32,000 bases of DNA from Pseudomonas aeruginosa (GCF_001457615.1 NZ_LN831024.1:60001-92000), one strand, 5' to 3'; shown: positions 6,218 to 15,242, counted from the first letter of the stretch. The notes: generated from the letters alone by a model not told the origin. Numbers and translations: made by a program.

Positions 6218-8050
6218 ATGTGCGGTCTCGCGGGTTGGGTGGATTACACGCGCAAGCTCGACGACGAATTTCCGGCGATCTTCGCCATGACCGATACGCT
6301 CGCCTTGCGTGGGCCGGATGCCGAGGGCATCTGGAAGCACCGCAACGCCCTGCTGGGTCACCGGCGGCTGGCGGTCATCGACCTCAGCGGCGGCGTGCAG
6401 CCGATGTCCTATCGCTTTCCCACCGGCCAGGAGGTCACCCTCGTCTACACCGGCGAGGTGTACAACCACGATGCCCTGCGCGAGCGGTTGCGCCGGGCCG
6501 GACACGAGTTCCGCACCCGCAGCGATACCGAGGTGGTCCTGCACGCCTATCTGCAATGGGGCGAGCGTTGTTGCGAGTACCTGACCGGGATGTTCGCCTT
6601 CGCCGTCTTCGATGGCCGCGACGGCCACCTGCTGCTGGTGCGCGACCGCTTGGGCATCAAGCCGCTGTATTACGCGCGGCACCGCGAGGGACTGCTGTTC
6701 GGCTCGGAGATCAAGTCCATCCTGGCGCATCCGGAATTCGCCGCCAGGCTCGACGCGGTCGGCCTGGCCGACCTCCTGACGCTGTCCCGGGGCACTTCGC
6801 AGACGCCGTTCCGCGAGGTCCAGGAACTGCTGCCCGGCCACCTGCTGTCCTGGCGTCCCAATTCCCAGGCGAAGTTGCGCCGCTACTGGGAGGTGCGCCG
6901 CCAGGAGCATGCCGACGACCTGCAGAGCACCGTGCAGCGCACCCGCGAACTGGTCACCCGCGCCCTGGGGTCGCAATTGCACGCCGACGTTCCGGTGTGT
7001 TCGCTGCTATCGGGTGGGCTCGATTCGACCGCCCTGACCGGCATCGCCCAGCGCATCGCGAAGGCGGAGCACGGCGGCGACATCAATTCATTCTCGGTGG
7101 ACTTCGTCGGTCAGGCCGAGCAGTTCCGCAGCGACGACCTGCGTCCCGACCAGGACCAGCCGTTCGCCCTGCTGGCCGCGCAGTACATCGGCAGCCGTCA
7201 TCGCACCGTGCTCATCGACAATGCCGAACTGGTCTGCGAACGAGCGCGCGAAGAGGTATTCCGGGCCAAGGACGTACCTTTCACCTTCGGCGACATGGAT
7301 ACCTCGCTGCACCTGATGTTCGGCGAGATCCGCCGGCATTCCACGGTGGCCATCTCCGGCGAAGGCGCCGACGAGCTGTTCGGTGGCTACGGCTGGTTCC
7401 GCGATCCGCAGGCGGTGGCTGCGGCGCGCTTCCCCTGGGCCTCCAGGGTGCGCTTGCCGGCCGGCTTCATCGACGCCGGTTTCAACCGCCGCTGCGATCT
7501 CCTCCAGTACCAGCAGGCCAGCTACGACGAAGGGCTGCGCCAGGTCGAACACCTGGCCGGCGACAGCCCGGAGGAGCGGCGGATGCGCGAGTTCAGCCAC
7601 CTGCACCTGAAGCGCTGGATGGTGCTGCTGCTCGAACGCAAGGATCGCCTGAGCATGTGCAACGGCCTGGAGGTGCGGGTGCCCTACACCGACCATGAGC
7701 TGGTGGAGTACGTCTACAACGTGCCCTGGTCGATCAAGAGCCGGGACGGCGAGGAGAAGTGGCTGCTCAAGCGGGCCTGCGCCGACTATGTCCCGGAAGC
7801 CGTGCTCAAGCGCCGCAAGAGCCCTTATCCGACTTCTGCCAACCTCGGCTACGAGCGTTTCCTGCGCGGGAGCGTGCGGCGCTTGCTGGAGGACGCGGCG
7901 AACCCGGTGTTCGGCATCGTTTCGCGGGAGTTCCTGGCCGCCGAACTGGAGCATCCGGAGGGGTACTTCAACACCCAGGTGAGCCGCCACAACCTGGAGA
8001 CCGCGCTGGCGCTGGAAGGCTGGCTCAGGTTGTACGGGCTCTCCGCCTGA
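6218..8050 (+). CDS. phzH: Glutamine-dependent asparagine-synthetase-family amidotransferase; matches phenazine-modifying PhzH (phenazine-1-carboxamide formation)
   Basis: GAGGAG lies upstream of the ATG. N-terminal MCGLAGW supplies the Ntn Cys2 nucleophile. PP-loop SLLSGGLDST is present. Length of 610 aa and the position after the PA0049/50-like genes match my memory of PAO1 phzH. Confidence 0.88.
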   Translation: MCGLAGWVDYTRKLDDEFPAIFAMTDTLALRGPDAEGIWKHRNALLGHRRLAVIDLSGGVQPMSYRFPTGQEVTLVYTGEVYNHDALRERLRRAGHEFRTRSDTEVVLHAYLQWGERCCEYLTGMFAFAVFDGRDGHLLLVRDRLGIKPLYYARHREGLLFGSEIKSILAHPEFAARLDAVGLADLLTLSRGTSQTPFREVQELLPGHLLSWRPNSQAKLRRYWEVRRQEHADDLQSTVQRTRELVTRALGSQLHADVPVCSLLSGGLDSTALTGIAQRIAKAEHGGDINSFSVDFVGQAEQFRSDDLRPDQDQPFALLAAQYIGSRHRTVLIDNAELVCERAREEVFRAKDVPFTFGDMDTSLHLMFGEIRRHSTVAISGEGADELFGGYGWFRDPQAVAAARFPWASRVRLPAGFIDAGFNRRCDLLQYQQASYDEGLRQVEHLAGDSPEERRMREFSHLHLKRWMVLLLERKDRLSMCNGLEVRVPYTDHELVEYVYNVPWSIKSRDGEEKWLLKRACADYVPEAVLKRRKSPYPTSANLGYERFLRGSVRRLLEDAANPVFGIVSREFLAAELEHPEGYFNTQVSRHNLETALALEGWLRLYGLSA

Positions 8051-8101
8051 GCGTGATGCGGGGCGTGGCGGCCCGGGCTGCTGTCCGGCCCGCCGGCGTC
8101 T

Positions 8102-8530
8102 TCAGGCGTCGGGCATCTCGCCGCGTTCGCCGAGCCCCACCGGCATGCCTTCCACGCCGGCATGGAACAGCAGGGCTTCCACCGGTTCGGCCCCGGCTAT
8201 CAGGCGATGGATGATGTTCATCAGGCAGCCCGCCGCCTCGCCTTCCAGCACCCGCGTGCTCTGAGCACCGTCGCGGGTCTCCAGGCGCAGTTCGCCCTTG
8301 AGCACATAGAGCGCGCTGGGCATCGGATGGACCTGCCAGTCCAGGCGTTCGTGGGCGGCCAGGCTCAGGCGCTGCACGGTGAGCTGTGGCTGGCCGAGGG
8401 GATAGCCGAGGTAGAGCGAGCCGTTCCAGGCGCAGCCGCTGCGCAGCAGGGTTTCGCGGTGCGGACTGGTTGCGGCCGGGAGGTCGCGGCTGGGTGGGAA
8501 CACATGCACGTGGCTGGGGCGAAGGTCCAT
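8102..8530 (-). CDS. Cupin-fold hypothetical protein
   Basis: 142-aa ORF with high GC3. The beta-rich segment LDWQVHPMPSALYVLKGELRLETRDG..VLEGEA resembles cupin_2 barrels. Function unknown. Confidence 0.6.
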   Translation of the reverse strand: MDLRPSHVHVFPPSRDLPAATSPHRETLLRSGCAWNGSLYLGYPLGQPQLTVQRLSLAAHERLDWQVHPMPSALYVLKGELRLETRDGAQSTRVLEGEAAGCLMNIIHRLIAGAEPVEALLFHAGVEGMPVGLGERGEMPDA

Positions 8531-8749
8531 CGGGCGTCCTGCGCTTGTCGGTATTTTTCCTCAGTCAAGCCGGCTTTCACCGCCTGCTCCACTGCCGCTT
8601 CTGCTAGGCGGCAGCGGGCCATCAACGTTCGAGGCTCGTCTGCAGGCTGCTAGGCCATGTTGCGGTGCGCCTTGCCAGTGCTTCCGGTTTCGAGAGGACA
8701 TCTGTTCCCTGCCTGCACTGGTATATGCTTGAACACTGAATATTCGTCC

Positions 8750-8764
8750 CCTGCCCGGGGCAGG
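8750..8764. promoter_or_regulatory. Palindrome CCTGCCC-G-GGGCAGG upstream of the antitoxin gene (candidate autoregulatory operator)
   Basis: Perfect 7-bp inverted repeat about 35 nt upstream of the antitoxin start. CCTGCC recurs at 8708-8713. The function is inferred only from the fact that type II TA operons are usually autoregulated. Confidence 0.3.
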
Positions 8765-8796
8765 CAGGTCCGGGAAGTGGATCCTTGGAGGTACAT

Positions 8797-8967
8797 ATGT
8801 CGCGATCGCTGCGCAAATCGAAGAAACTCGTCATTCCTCCCCGTCCTCGCGATGAGGTCGTGCGCGCGCGCCCGGCCTTGGGAGAACATCAGAAGCAGGT
8901 CGAGAACGCCTTTGCCCTGGCCTTCGAACGCTACGAAAAAACCTTCGAAGAGCTGGCCAAGGTTTAA
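8797..8967 (+). CDS. Putative small antitoxin (56 aa) paired with the Doc toxin
   Basis: GGAGG at 8787-8791, then ATG at 8797. The track ORF starts at the TTG at 8785. The stop is 2 nt before the Doc ATG. Small and charged, with C-terminal ..YEKTFEELAKV. Family not recognised. Confidence 0.6.
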   Translation: MSRSLRKSKKLVIPPRPRDEVVRARPALGEHQKQVENAFALAFERYEKTFEELAKV

Positions 8968-8969
8968 GC

Positions 8970-9440
8970 ATGTCGCAAGACCAGCAAGGGATACGCTATC
9001 TCTCCGTTGCAGATCTCGTTCGCCTCAATGAGTTGCTCATCCTGGCCCAGACTCCGGACGAGCCGATAGGCGTCCTCAAACCGAACGAGTTGGAGTCCGC
9101 ACAGCAACGGCCAGCCAACCATCGTTACTATGCTCGAACCGACGATATCATCACGCTGGCTGCGGTCTTTGCGGAAAGCTTGGCAATGAACCACTGCTTT
9201 GCCAATGGCAACAAACGCACGGCGGCGGCGGCCGCTACGGTTTTCCTCCTGCTCAATGGCATAGAGCTGACGGGGCCCGCTCAGGACTTCGTCGACATCA
9301 TGGTCGCCCTCGTGACTCGTGAAGCGAGCGTTCAGGACCTGGAAGACTGGATGTTCTACTGGCACAGACCATTCGACGCTTACAACCTGCCGGACAGCGA
9401 CGCTTTCGAGCGAATGGTCGCCCGCTTGGGCATTGGTTAG
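8970..9440 (+). CDS. Doc (death-on-curing) / Fic-family toxin
   Basis: HCFANGNKRTAAA matches the Doc signature H-x-F-x-[DN]-[AG]-N-K-R-T-A (P1 Doc: HIFNDANKRTA). GC content and GC3 are lower than in neighbouring genes. Confidence 0.85.
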   Translation: MSQDQQGIRYLSVADLVRLNELLILAQTPDEPIGVLKPNELESAQQRPANHRYYARTDDIITLAAVFAESLAMNHCFANGNKRTAAAAATVFLLLNGIELTGPAQDFVDIMVALVTREASVQDLEDWMFYWHRPFDAYNLPDSDAFERMVARLGIG

Positions 9441-9456
9441 TCCGTAGAACGCCTTC

Positions 9457-10005
9457 TCAAGCCTCGCGGATGAACCGCACGGGTACCCGCTCGGTCAGCC
9501 AGACGCCGTTCTCCGCCTGGTGGAATAGGTGCCCGGCCAGGTGCATGTCGCGCGCGTCGATTTCCAGCAGAACCGGGCTGCCGTAGCGGCGGCCGACTTC
9601 CAGGGCGGTGGCGCGGCGGGCGGAGAGATGGACGTGGTGGCGGCTGCCGGGAACCAGGCCGCGCTCGCGGATGGAGTCGAGGAAGCGGCTGGCGGTGCCG
9701 TGGTAGAGCACTGCGGGCGGGACCGCGGGGGCGTAGGCGATGGCCACCGCGGCATGCGAGTGGCCTTGCACGGCGCGGATGCGCTGGCCATCGGCGGAGA
9801 GGGCGAAGCGCTTCTTGTCGTTGTTCTCGACCACCGCGCCGAGCAGCATGCGGTCGAGGGCGCGGCCGTCCCGCGCCGCGCCGGCGATCAGGGCGTCGAT
9901 GTCGGCCCAGCCTTCGCCGTCCAGCGTCAGGCCGATGGCCTCGGGCTGGTGGCGAAGGACATAGCTGAGGAACTTGCTGGTGTCGTCGAGGGTTTTCCGA
10001 TCCAT
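9457..10005 (-). CDS. kptA: RNA 2'-phosphotransferase (Tpt1/KptA family)
   Basis: Near-colinear with E. coli KptA: [58 protein letters not shown]. Confidence 0.9.
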   Translation of the reverse strand: MDRKTLDDTSKFLSYVLRHQPEAIGLTLDGEGWADIDALIAGAARDGRALDRMLLGAVVENNDKKRFALSADGQRIRAVQGHSHAAVAIAYAPAVPPAVLYHGTASRFLDSIRERGLVPGSRHHVHLSARRATALEVGRRYGSPVLLEIDARDMHLAGHLFHQAENGVWLTERVPVRFIREA

Positions 10006-10043
10006 TCCATGGTCCTTGTGCGTGCCATCCCGGCGCGGGAACC

Positions 10044-10550
10044 TCAGGCGCCGCCGAGGAAGTCCATCTTGCCCAGTTCGACGCCGTTGTGGCGGAGGAT
10101 GGCGTAGGCGGTGGTGACGTGGAAGAAGAAGTTGGGCAGGGCGAAGCCGAAGAGGAAGTCGCGGCCGTTGAAGCTGATCTCCTGGCCGCGCACCTTGAGG
10201 GTCACGTTGCGCTCTTCGGCGCCGTCCAGTTGTTCCTCGCGGATGCCCTCGAGGAACTCGACGGTGCGGGCGATGCGTGCCTGGAGTTCGTCGAAGGTGG
10301 TTTCCGTATCCGCGTAGCTCGGCACTTCCAGCCCGGCCAGCCGCGCGCCGGCGCCCTTGGCGGCGTCGCTGGCGATCTGCACCTGGCGCGCCAGGGGGAA
10401 CATGTCCGGCGCCAGCCGGGCGTCGATGAAGATGCGCGGATCGATGTTCTTCGCTTCGGCGTGGGCGGCGGCTTTCTTCAGGATCGCCGAGAGGTTGCCG
10501 AGGGTGCGCAGGAAGGTCGGGATCGAAGCCTGGTAGATCGACAGGGACAT
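10044..10550 (-). CDS. DUF1993-family protein
   Basis: The N-terminus [24 protein letters not shown] and the 168-aa length fit my memory of the DUF1993 family. High GC3. Confidence 0.75.
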   Translation of the reverse strand: MSLSIYQASIPTFLRTLGNLSAILKKAAAHAEAKNIDPRIFIDARLAPDMFPLARQVQIASDAAKGAGARLAGLEVPSYADTETTFDELQARIARTVEFLEGIREEQLDGAEERNVTLKVRGQEISFNGRDFLFGFALPNFFFHVTTAYAILRHNGVELGKMDFLGGA

Positions 10551-10615
10551 GGACGTGCTCCAGACAGGGGATAAAGGTGCGTCGAAGGCGGCGCGTCCAG
10601 CAGTCTACCCGGCTT

Positions 10616-11536
10616 TCACGCCAGCGCCAGGGGGCCCGCCTCGTCCCAGTGCGGATCGGCCGCCATCCGTTCGACCAGGAAGTCCAGCAGCGCCCGCAGC
10701 GCCGGCGGCATCTGCCGGCGCGAGGCGTACACCGCGTGGATGCCGAGCACCTGCGGCGACCACTCCGGCAGCAGCGCCACCAGGCGTCCGCTACGGATCA
10801 GCGGGGCTGCCGAGTACAGCGGCTGCTGGCTGATCCCGGCACCGGCGGCGGCGGCCTCCAGCAGCACGGTGGATTCGTTGGCGCTGAGACTGCCACCCAC
10901 CGGCACGCTGGTCGGCTCGCCGTCGCGCTCGAACTGCCAGAGACTGCGGCCGAAGTAGGAGTAGGTCAGGCAGTTGTGCAGCGCCAGGTCCTCCGGGCGC
11001 CGCGGGGTGCCGTGGCGGCGCAGGTAGTCCGGCGCGGCGCAGATCACCGAGCGGCATTCGCCGAGGCGGCGGGCGATCAGGTTGGGGTCGAGCTGGTTGG
11101 CGATGCGCAGGGCCAGGTCGATGCGCTCCTCCACCAGGTTGACCACCTGGCTGTTGACCTGCAGGTCGATGGCGGTGCCCGGGTAGCGCTCGACGAAGGC
11201 GGCGGCGGCACGGGTCAGCCAGGCCTGGGCGAAGGACAGGCTGCTGGTGATGCGCAGAGTGCCGCGCGGGCTGTCGCGGCGGGTCTGGCCGGTGGCCTGC
11301 ATGGCGTCGGCCACGGCGAGCATCTCGCGGCACTGTGGCAACAGCTCCGCGCCGGCGTCGGTCAGGCTCAGGCGGCGGGTGCTGCGGTGCAGCAGGCGTG
11401 CGCCGACCCACTCCTCCAACTCGGCGAGGTAGCGCGAGACCATCGCCCGGGACATGTCCAGACGCTCGGCGGCGGCGGTCTGGCTGCCGCTGTCGATGAC
11501 TTCGACGAAGACGCGAGTGGCGGTCAGGCGGTCCAT
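10616..11536 (-). CDS. LysR-type transcriptional regulator
   Basis: Start set at the ATG at 11536 ([43 protein letters not shown], an LTTR winged HTH). The track ORF extends 30 codons further. Divergent from the MBL-fold gene. Confidence 0.9.
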   Translation of the reverse strand: MDRLTATRVFVEVIDSGSQTAAAERLDMSRAMVSRYLAELEEWVGARLLHRSTRRLSLTDAGAELLPQCREMLAVADAMQATGQTRRDSPRGTLRITSSLSFAQAWLTRAAAAFVERYPGTAIDLQVNSQVVNLVEERIDLALRIANQLDPNLIARRLGECRSVICAAPDYLRRHGTPRRPEDLALHNCLTYSYFGRSLWQFERDGEPTSVPVGGSLSANESTVLLEAAAAGAGISQQPLYSAAPLIRSGRLVALLPEWSPQVLGIHAVYASRRQMPPALRALLDFLVERMAADPHWDEAGPLALA

Positions 11537-11643
11537 GATTCGCTCGATCCATGCAACAAAGCTGTGATTATTGCGGGGCTTTTTGCGCGCTTTCAAGCAA
11601 CTAACATGGCAAGCCTCTGATCCCACTGCCTGGAGAACCGCTC

Positions 11644-12531
11644 ATGTCGCGCCATGGATTGCTTCGTTCCCTGTTCGCCGCCGCCGCCCTGCTGGGGGCC
11701 GCCGGCGTCTTCGCCGCCAGCGCCGAACCGCTGCGGCTGGAGGTCTACAACCCCGGCGAGAAGGCGATCTTCGCCGTGTCCTCGGAACTGCTGGTGGGCC
11801 AGCGCGAGGCGATGCTGATCGACGCGCAGTTCTCCCGCGCCGACGCCGAGCAACTGGTCAAGCGTATCCAGGCCAGCGGCAAGACCCTCAGCACTATCTA
11901 CATCAGCCACGGCGACCCGGACTTCTACTTCGGCCTCGACGTGCTGAAGGCCGCCTTCCCCGAGGCGAAGATCCTCGCGACGGCGCAGACCGTCGCACAC
12001 ATCCAGGCGACCAAGGACGCCAAGCTGGCCTACTGGGGGCCGATCCTCAAGGACAACGCGCCGACGTCGCTGGTGGTGCCGGAGCCGCTGAAGGGCGACC
12101 AGTTGAAGCTGGAAGGCCATGCCCTGAAGGTGGTCGACCTGAAGGGGCCGAGCCCGGACCGCACGGTGCTGTGGATTCCGTCGCTGAAGACGGTGGTTGG
12201 TGGCGTGCTGGTGGAATCCGGTTCGCACGTCTGGACCGCCGATACCCAGACCCAGGCCTCGCGCCAGGCCTGGGTGGCGATGCTCGACCGGATCGAGGCG
12301 CTGCAACCGCGGCGCGTGGTGCCCGGCCATTTCACCGGCGAGGAGCCGAAGGGCCTGGACGGCGTGCGCTTCACCCGTGACTACCTGAAGGCCCTGGAAG
12401 CCGAACTGCCCAAGGCCAGGGATTCCGCCGCGCTGGTCGAGGCGATGAAGCGCCGCTACCCGAACCTGCCGGGCGAGGAAGGCCTGGAGCTGAGCGCCAA
12501 GGTGCTCAAGGGCGAGATGCAGTGGCCCTGA
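11644..12531 (+). CDS. Exported MBL-fold (metallo-beta-lactamase superfamily) protein
   Basis: Signal peptide ..AAGVFA|ASAEP. GGAG lies 9 nt before the ATG. The region EAMLIDAQ..TIYISHGDPDFYFG aligns with MBL motif 2, but reads SHGDPD rather than the canonical HxHxDH. Confidence 0.7.
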   Translation: MSRHGLLRSLFAAAALLGAAGVFAASAEPLRLEVYNPGEKAIFAVSSELLVGQREAMLIDAQFSRADAEQLVKRIQASGKTLSTIYISHGDPDFYFGLDVLKAAFPEAKILATAQTVAHIQATKDAKLAYWGPILKDNAPTSLVVPEPLKGDQLKLEGHALKVVDLKGPSPDRTVLWIPSLKTVVGGVLVESGSHVWTADTQTQASRQAWVAMLDRIEALQPRRVVPGHFTGEEPKGLDGVRFTRDYLKALEAELPKARDSAALVEAMKRRYPNLPGEEGLELSAKVLKGEMQWP

Positions 12532-12593
12532 GCCGCGCCCGCCGATAGCCGCTGATCGAGGCGTCCCCTGCGGGGCGTCTCGTGGAGACCGAG

Positions 12594-13298
12594 ATGAACG
12601 ACCTCACCCTGCATTACCTCTACGATCCGCTCTGCGGCTGGTGCTACGGCGCCTCGCCGCTGCTCGCCGCCGCCTGCGAGGTGACGGGTCTGGACGTACG
12701 CCTGCATGGCGGCGGCATGATGACCGATGCCAACCGCCAGCCGGTCGGCGCCGGTCTGCGCCACTACGTGATGCCCCATGACCTGCGGATCGCCCAACTG
12801 ACCGGCCAGCCGTTCGGCAAGGACTACTTCGACGGCCTGCTGCGCGACACCAGCGCGGTATTCGACTCGGCCCCGCCGACCGCCGCCGTGCTTGCCGCCG
12901 AAGCGCTCGACGGCCTCGGCGCGGCGATGCTGGCGCGGATCCAGCGTGCCCACTACGTCGAGGGCCGGCGTATCGCCGAGCGTCCGGTGCTGCTCGAGCT
13001 GGGTGCCGAACTGGGGCTTGGCGAGGGCTTCGCCGAGGCGTTCGACGCCTGCTCCGGCGAGCCGCTGCGCGCGCACTTCGCCGACAGTCGGCGGCTGATG
13101 AACCGTCTCGGCGCCGCTGGCTTCCCGACCTTCGCCCTGGAGCGCGACGGCCGCCTGCAGGTGCTCGACACCGGGCGCTACCTCGGCCAGCCGGACGACT
13201 GGCGGGCTTTCCTCGAAACGCAGCTGCGCCTTGCCGGCGGCAGCGGTGCCGTGGGCGGGGCCGCGGCGCCGCTCTGCCGCATCGACGGTTGCGCCTGA
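12594..13298 (+). CDS. dsbM: DsbA-like thioredoxin-fold oxidoreductase (CGWC active site)
   Basis: LHYLYDPLCGWCYG carries a CxxC motif at the usual N-terminal position. I prefer the ATG at 12594 (GGAG at 12584-12587) over the GTG at 12582. The symbol comes from remembered PAO1 naming of PA0058. Confidence 0.75.
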   Translation: MNDLTLHYLYDPLCGWCYGASPLLAAACEVTGLDVRLHGGGMMTDANRQPVGAGLRHYVMPHDLRIAQLTGQPFGKDYFDGLLRDTSAVFDSAPPTAAVLAAEALDGLGAAMLARIQRAHYVEGRRIAERPVLLELGAELGLGEGFAEAFDACSGEPLRAHFADSRRLMNRLGAAGFPTFALERDGRLQVLDTGRYLGQPDDWRAFLETQLRLAGGSGAVGGAAAPLCRIDGCA

Positions 13299-13411
13299 AT
13301 CCCGCCGCCGCGCAGGCGGACTGAACTTGTCCGGCTGCGTCGTCCTCCCATGTAGACATGCCCGCTCGCCGACGCGAGCGGATGTCCATCCACAGCTCCG
13401 GAGGAGTCGAC

Positions 13412-13837
13412 ATGAAGAAGACGGCATCGGCGGTCTGGCAAGGCGGCCTGAAAGACGGCAAGGGCACCCTTTCCACCGAAAGCGGCGCGCTCAAAGACAA
13501 CCCCTATGGCTTCAATACCCGCTTCGAGGGCGCACCGGGAACCAACCCGGAAGAGCTGATCGGCGCGGCCCACGCCGGCTGCTTCAGCATGGCCCTGTCG
13601 ATGATGCTCGGTGAGGCCGGCCTGACCGCCGAACGTATCGAGACCCGCGCCGAGGTCACCCTCGACAAGCAGTCCGACGGTTTCGCCATCACTGCCGTGC
13701 ACCTGGTGCTCAGGGCGCGCGTGCCGGGGGCGGACGCGCAGACCTTCGAGCAGATCGCCAACAAGGCCAAGGCCGGTTGCCCGGTATCCAAGGTGCTCAA
13801 CGCGAAGATCAGCCTGGACGCCAGCCTCGACGGCTGA
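13412..13837 (+). CDS. osmC: OsmC-family peroxiredoxin
   Basis: GGAGGAG at 13400-13406, then ATG at 13412. MKKTASAVWQGGLKDGKGTLSTESG.., with the two conserved Cys contexts AHAGCFSMAL and AGCPVS. 141 aa. Confidence 0.9.
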   Translation: MKKTASAVWQGGLKDGKGTLSTESGALKDNPYGFNTRFEGAPGTNPEELIGAAHAGCFSMALSMMLGEAGLTAERIETRAEVTLDKQSDGFAITAVHLVLRARVPGADAQTFEQIANKAKAGCPVSKVLNAKISLDASLDG

Positions 13838-13873
13838 GCGGAACGCTTCCCCAGCCCGGCGAACTGGCCCTGG

Positions 13874-13897
13874 CCTGCCGCAGTCGAATGCGGCAGG
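13874..13897 (+). terminator. Hairpin downstream of osmC (possible terminator, no U tract)
   Basis: CCTGCCGCA (13874-13882) pairs perfectly with TGCGGCAGG (13889-13897) across a 6-nt loop. No T run follows. Confidence 0.35.
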
Positions 13898-13947
13898 ATG
13901 CGCTGCGCAGCACTCGGCTGCCAGGCATCGACGAGGAGTGACGGGTC

Positions 13948-14181
13948 ATGAAAACCATCGGGCTGGGGATTGCCGCCTTGCTGTTCAGCGCCACGGCGCT
14001 GGCCGCGCCGAAGCCGTGCGAGGAACTCAAGGCGGAGATCGAGACCAAGATCCAGTCGGCCGGGGTGACCTCTTACACCCTGGAGATCGTGCGCAACGAC
14101 GAAGTCAGCGACCCGAACATGGTGGTCGGCAGTTGCGAGAACGGCACCAAGAAGATCATCTACCAGAAGAACGACGACTGA
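13948..14181 (+). CDS. Small periplasmic protein, DUF1161-like
   Basis: GAGGAG lies 8 nt upstream. Signal peptide ..ATALA|APKPCEELK, two Cys, 77 aa. Confidence 0.7.
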   Translation: MKTIGLGIAALLFSATALAAPKPCEELKAEIETKIQSAGVTSYTLEIVRNDEVSDPNMVVGSCENGTKKIIYQKNDD

Positions 14182-14192
14182 GCCGCTGCGTT

Positions 14193-14630
14193 TCAGTACG
14201 GCGGGCAGCGGCTGGTCTGGAAGTTCGAACGGGCGACCACCTCGCCACGCTCGTCGCTCAGTAGCGCCAGCGCCCTGCGCAATTGCGGGCGCACCTCCAG
14301 GCGATAGCGCCGGCCCGCCTCGAAGCCGTCATAGACCACCTGCTGGTAGCAGTTGATCTGCACCGGCTCGCCGAAGCCGCCGCCCCCGCCGCCGGAACCG
14401 CCATAGAGTTCGTACTGGAAGCGCACCTCCAGCACATGGCGTCCCGGAGTGACCTGGAAGTAGCGCCCGTCGCTCAACCGCTCGCCGTCCAGGCGCTCGG
14501 CCAGCAGGGTGTTGGCCGGCGCGCTGCGCAGCTCGACCCAGGCCATCTGCGGGTCCGGCTGCGGCAGCGGTCCGGCGCAGCCGGCGAGGAGCAGCAGCGC
14601 GAGCGGGACGAGACGGGTGAGTGGACGCAT
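14193..14630 (-). CDS. Lipoprotein, paralogue 1 of a tandem pair (unknown function)
   Basis: Lipobox LLLAG|CAG. GGAG lies 9 nt upstream. Homologous to the adjacent ORF 14687..15103. Carries a Gly run (GGSGGGGGGFG). Confidence 0.75.
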   Translation of the reverse strand: MRPLTRLVPLALLLLAGCAGPLPQPDPQMAWVELRSAPANTLLAERLDGERLSDGRYFQVTPGRHVLEVRFQYELYGGSGGGGGGFGEPVQINCYQQVVYDGFEAGRRYRLEVRPQLRRALALLSDERGEVVARSNFQTSRCPPY

Positions 14631-14686
14631 GGGGCGGGCTCCGGAGGGTGTTCAGCTCCTAGCATAGCGCCCTCGCCTTGCGCCGT

Positions 14687-15103
14687 TCAGACCTTCGCGC
14701 AGCGCCCCTCGCGGCCGCGCGCCAGTTCCCTGTTGTCCTGGTCGTAGAGCTTCGCCCAGGGACGGAAGCCGATGTGCCCGGCCTCCAGGCGGTAGCGCTG
14801 GCCGGCGCTGAAGTCCTTGAACTTGAGGTTGAGCTGGCAATCGCGCCAGAGCGGGCTGTCCACGGGGCCGATGTTGGTCGGGTCGACGGTGAACTGGTAG
14901 CGCACCGTGAGTTCGCGGGTGCCGGGATCGACCTCGAAGTAGCGCGTGCGGTCCCAGCTCTTGTCGTCGACTTCCACGGCGGCGAGATCGGCGTCGGGCT
15001 GGGTATCGAGGTCGACCCAGGCGCGGTTCGGGTCGGGGGTGGGCATCAGCAGTGAGCAGCCGCTCAGGACGAGCAGGCCACCGGCAAGCAGCAGCGTACG
15101 CAT
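14687..15103 (-). CDS. Lipoprotein, paralogue 2 of the tandem pair (unknown function)
   Basis: Lipobox LVLSG|CSL. Shares with the neighbouring ORF PDP..AWV.L, RYF.V.PG...L.VR.QF, a Cys, F.AG.RYRLE and a C-terminal RC. Confidence 0.75.
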   Translation of the reverse strand: MRTLLLAGGLLVLSGCSLLMPTPDPNRAWVDLDTQPDADLAAVEVDDKSWDRTRYFEVDPGTRELTVRYQFTVDPTNIGPVDSPLWRDCQLNLKFKDFSAGQRYRLEAGHIGFRPWAKLYDQDNRELARGREGRCAKV

Positions 15104-15242
15104 AGAAGACTCCGAAGCTCCTTTAACCCGGCCGCCATCCGTCGCGCCTTGGAAAAACGCCTTGCGTTCCTCCGCCTCGCCGGATCGCGGACCGGTGCTG
15201 GTAGGGCGGCGGGCGGTCCGCGTGCTGTGCTATGTTCCGCCC

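Noticed and set aside
8593-8614. 7-bp hairpin CTGCCGC/GCGGCAG between the cupin gene and the TA cassette, considered as a terminator or insertion scar
   Set aside because: Short stem, 8-nt loop, no U tract, and it lies upstream of both flanking genes' starts, so a terminator role is implausible. There are no flanking direct repeats to support an insertion scar.
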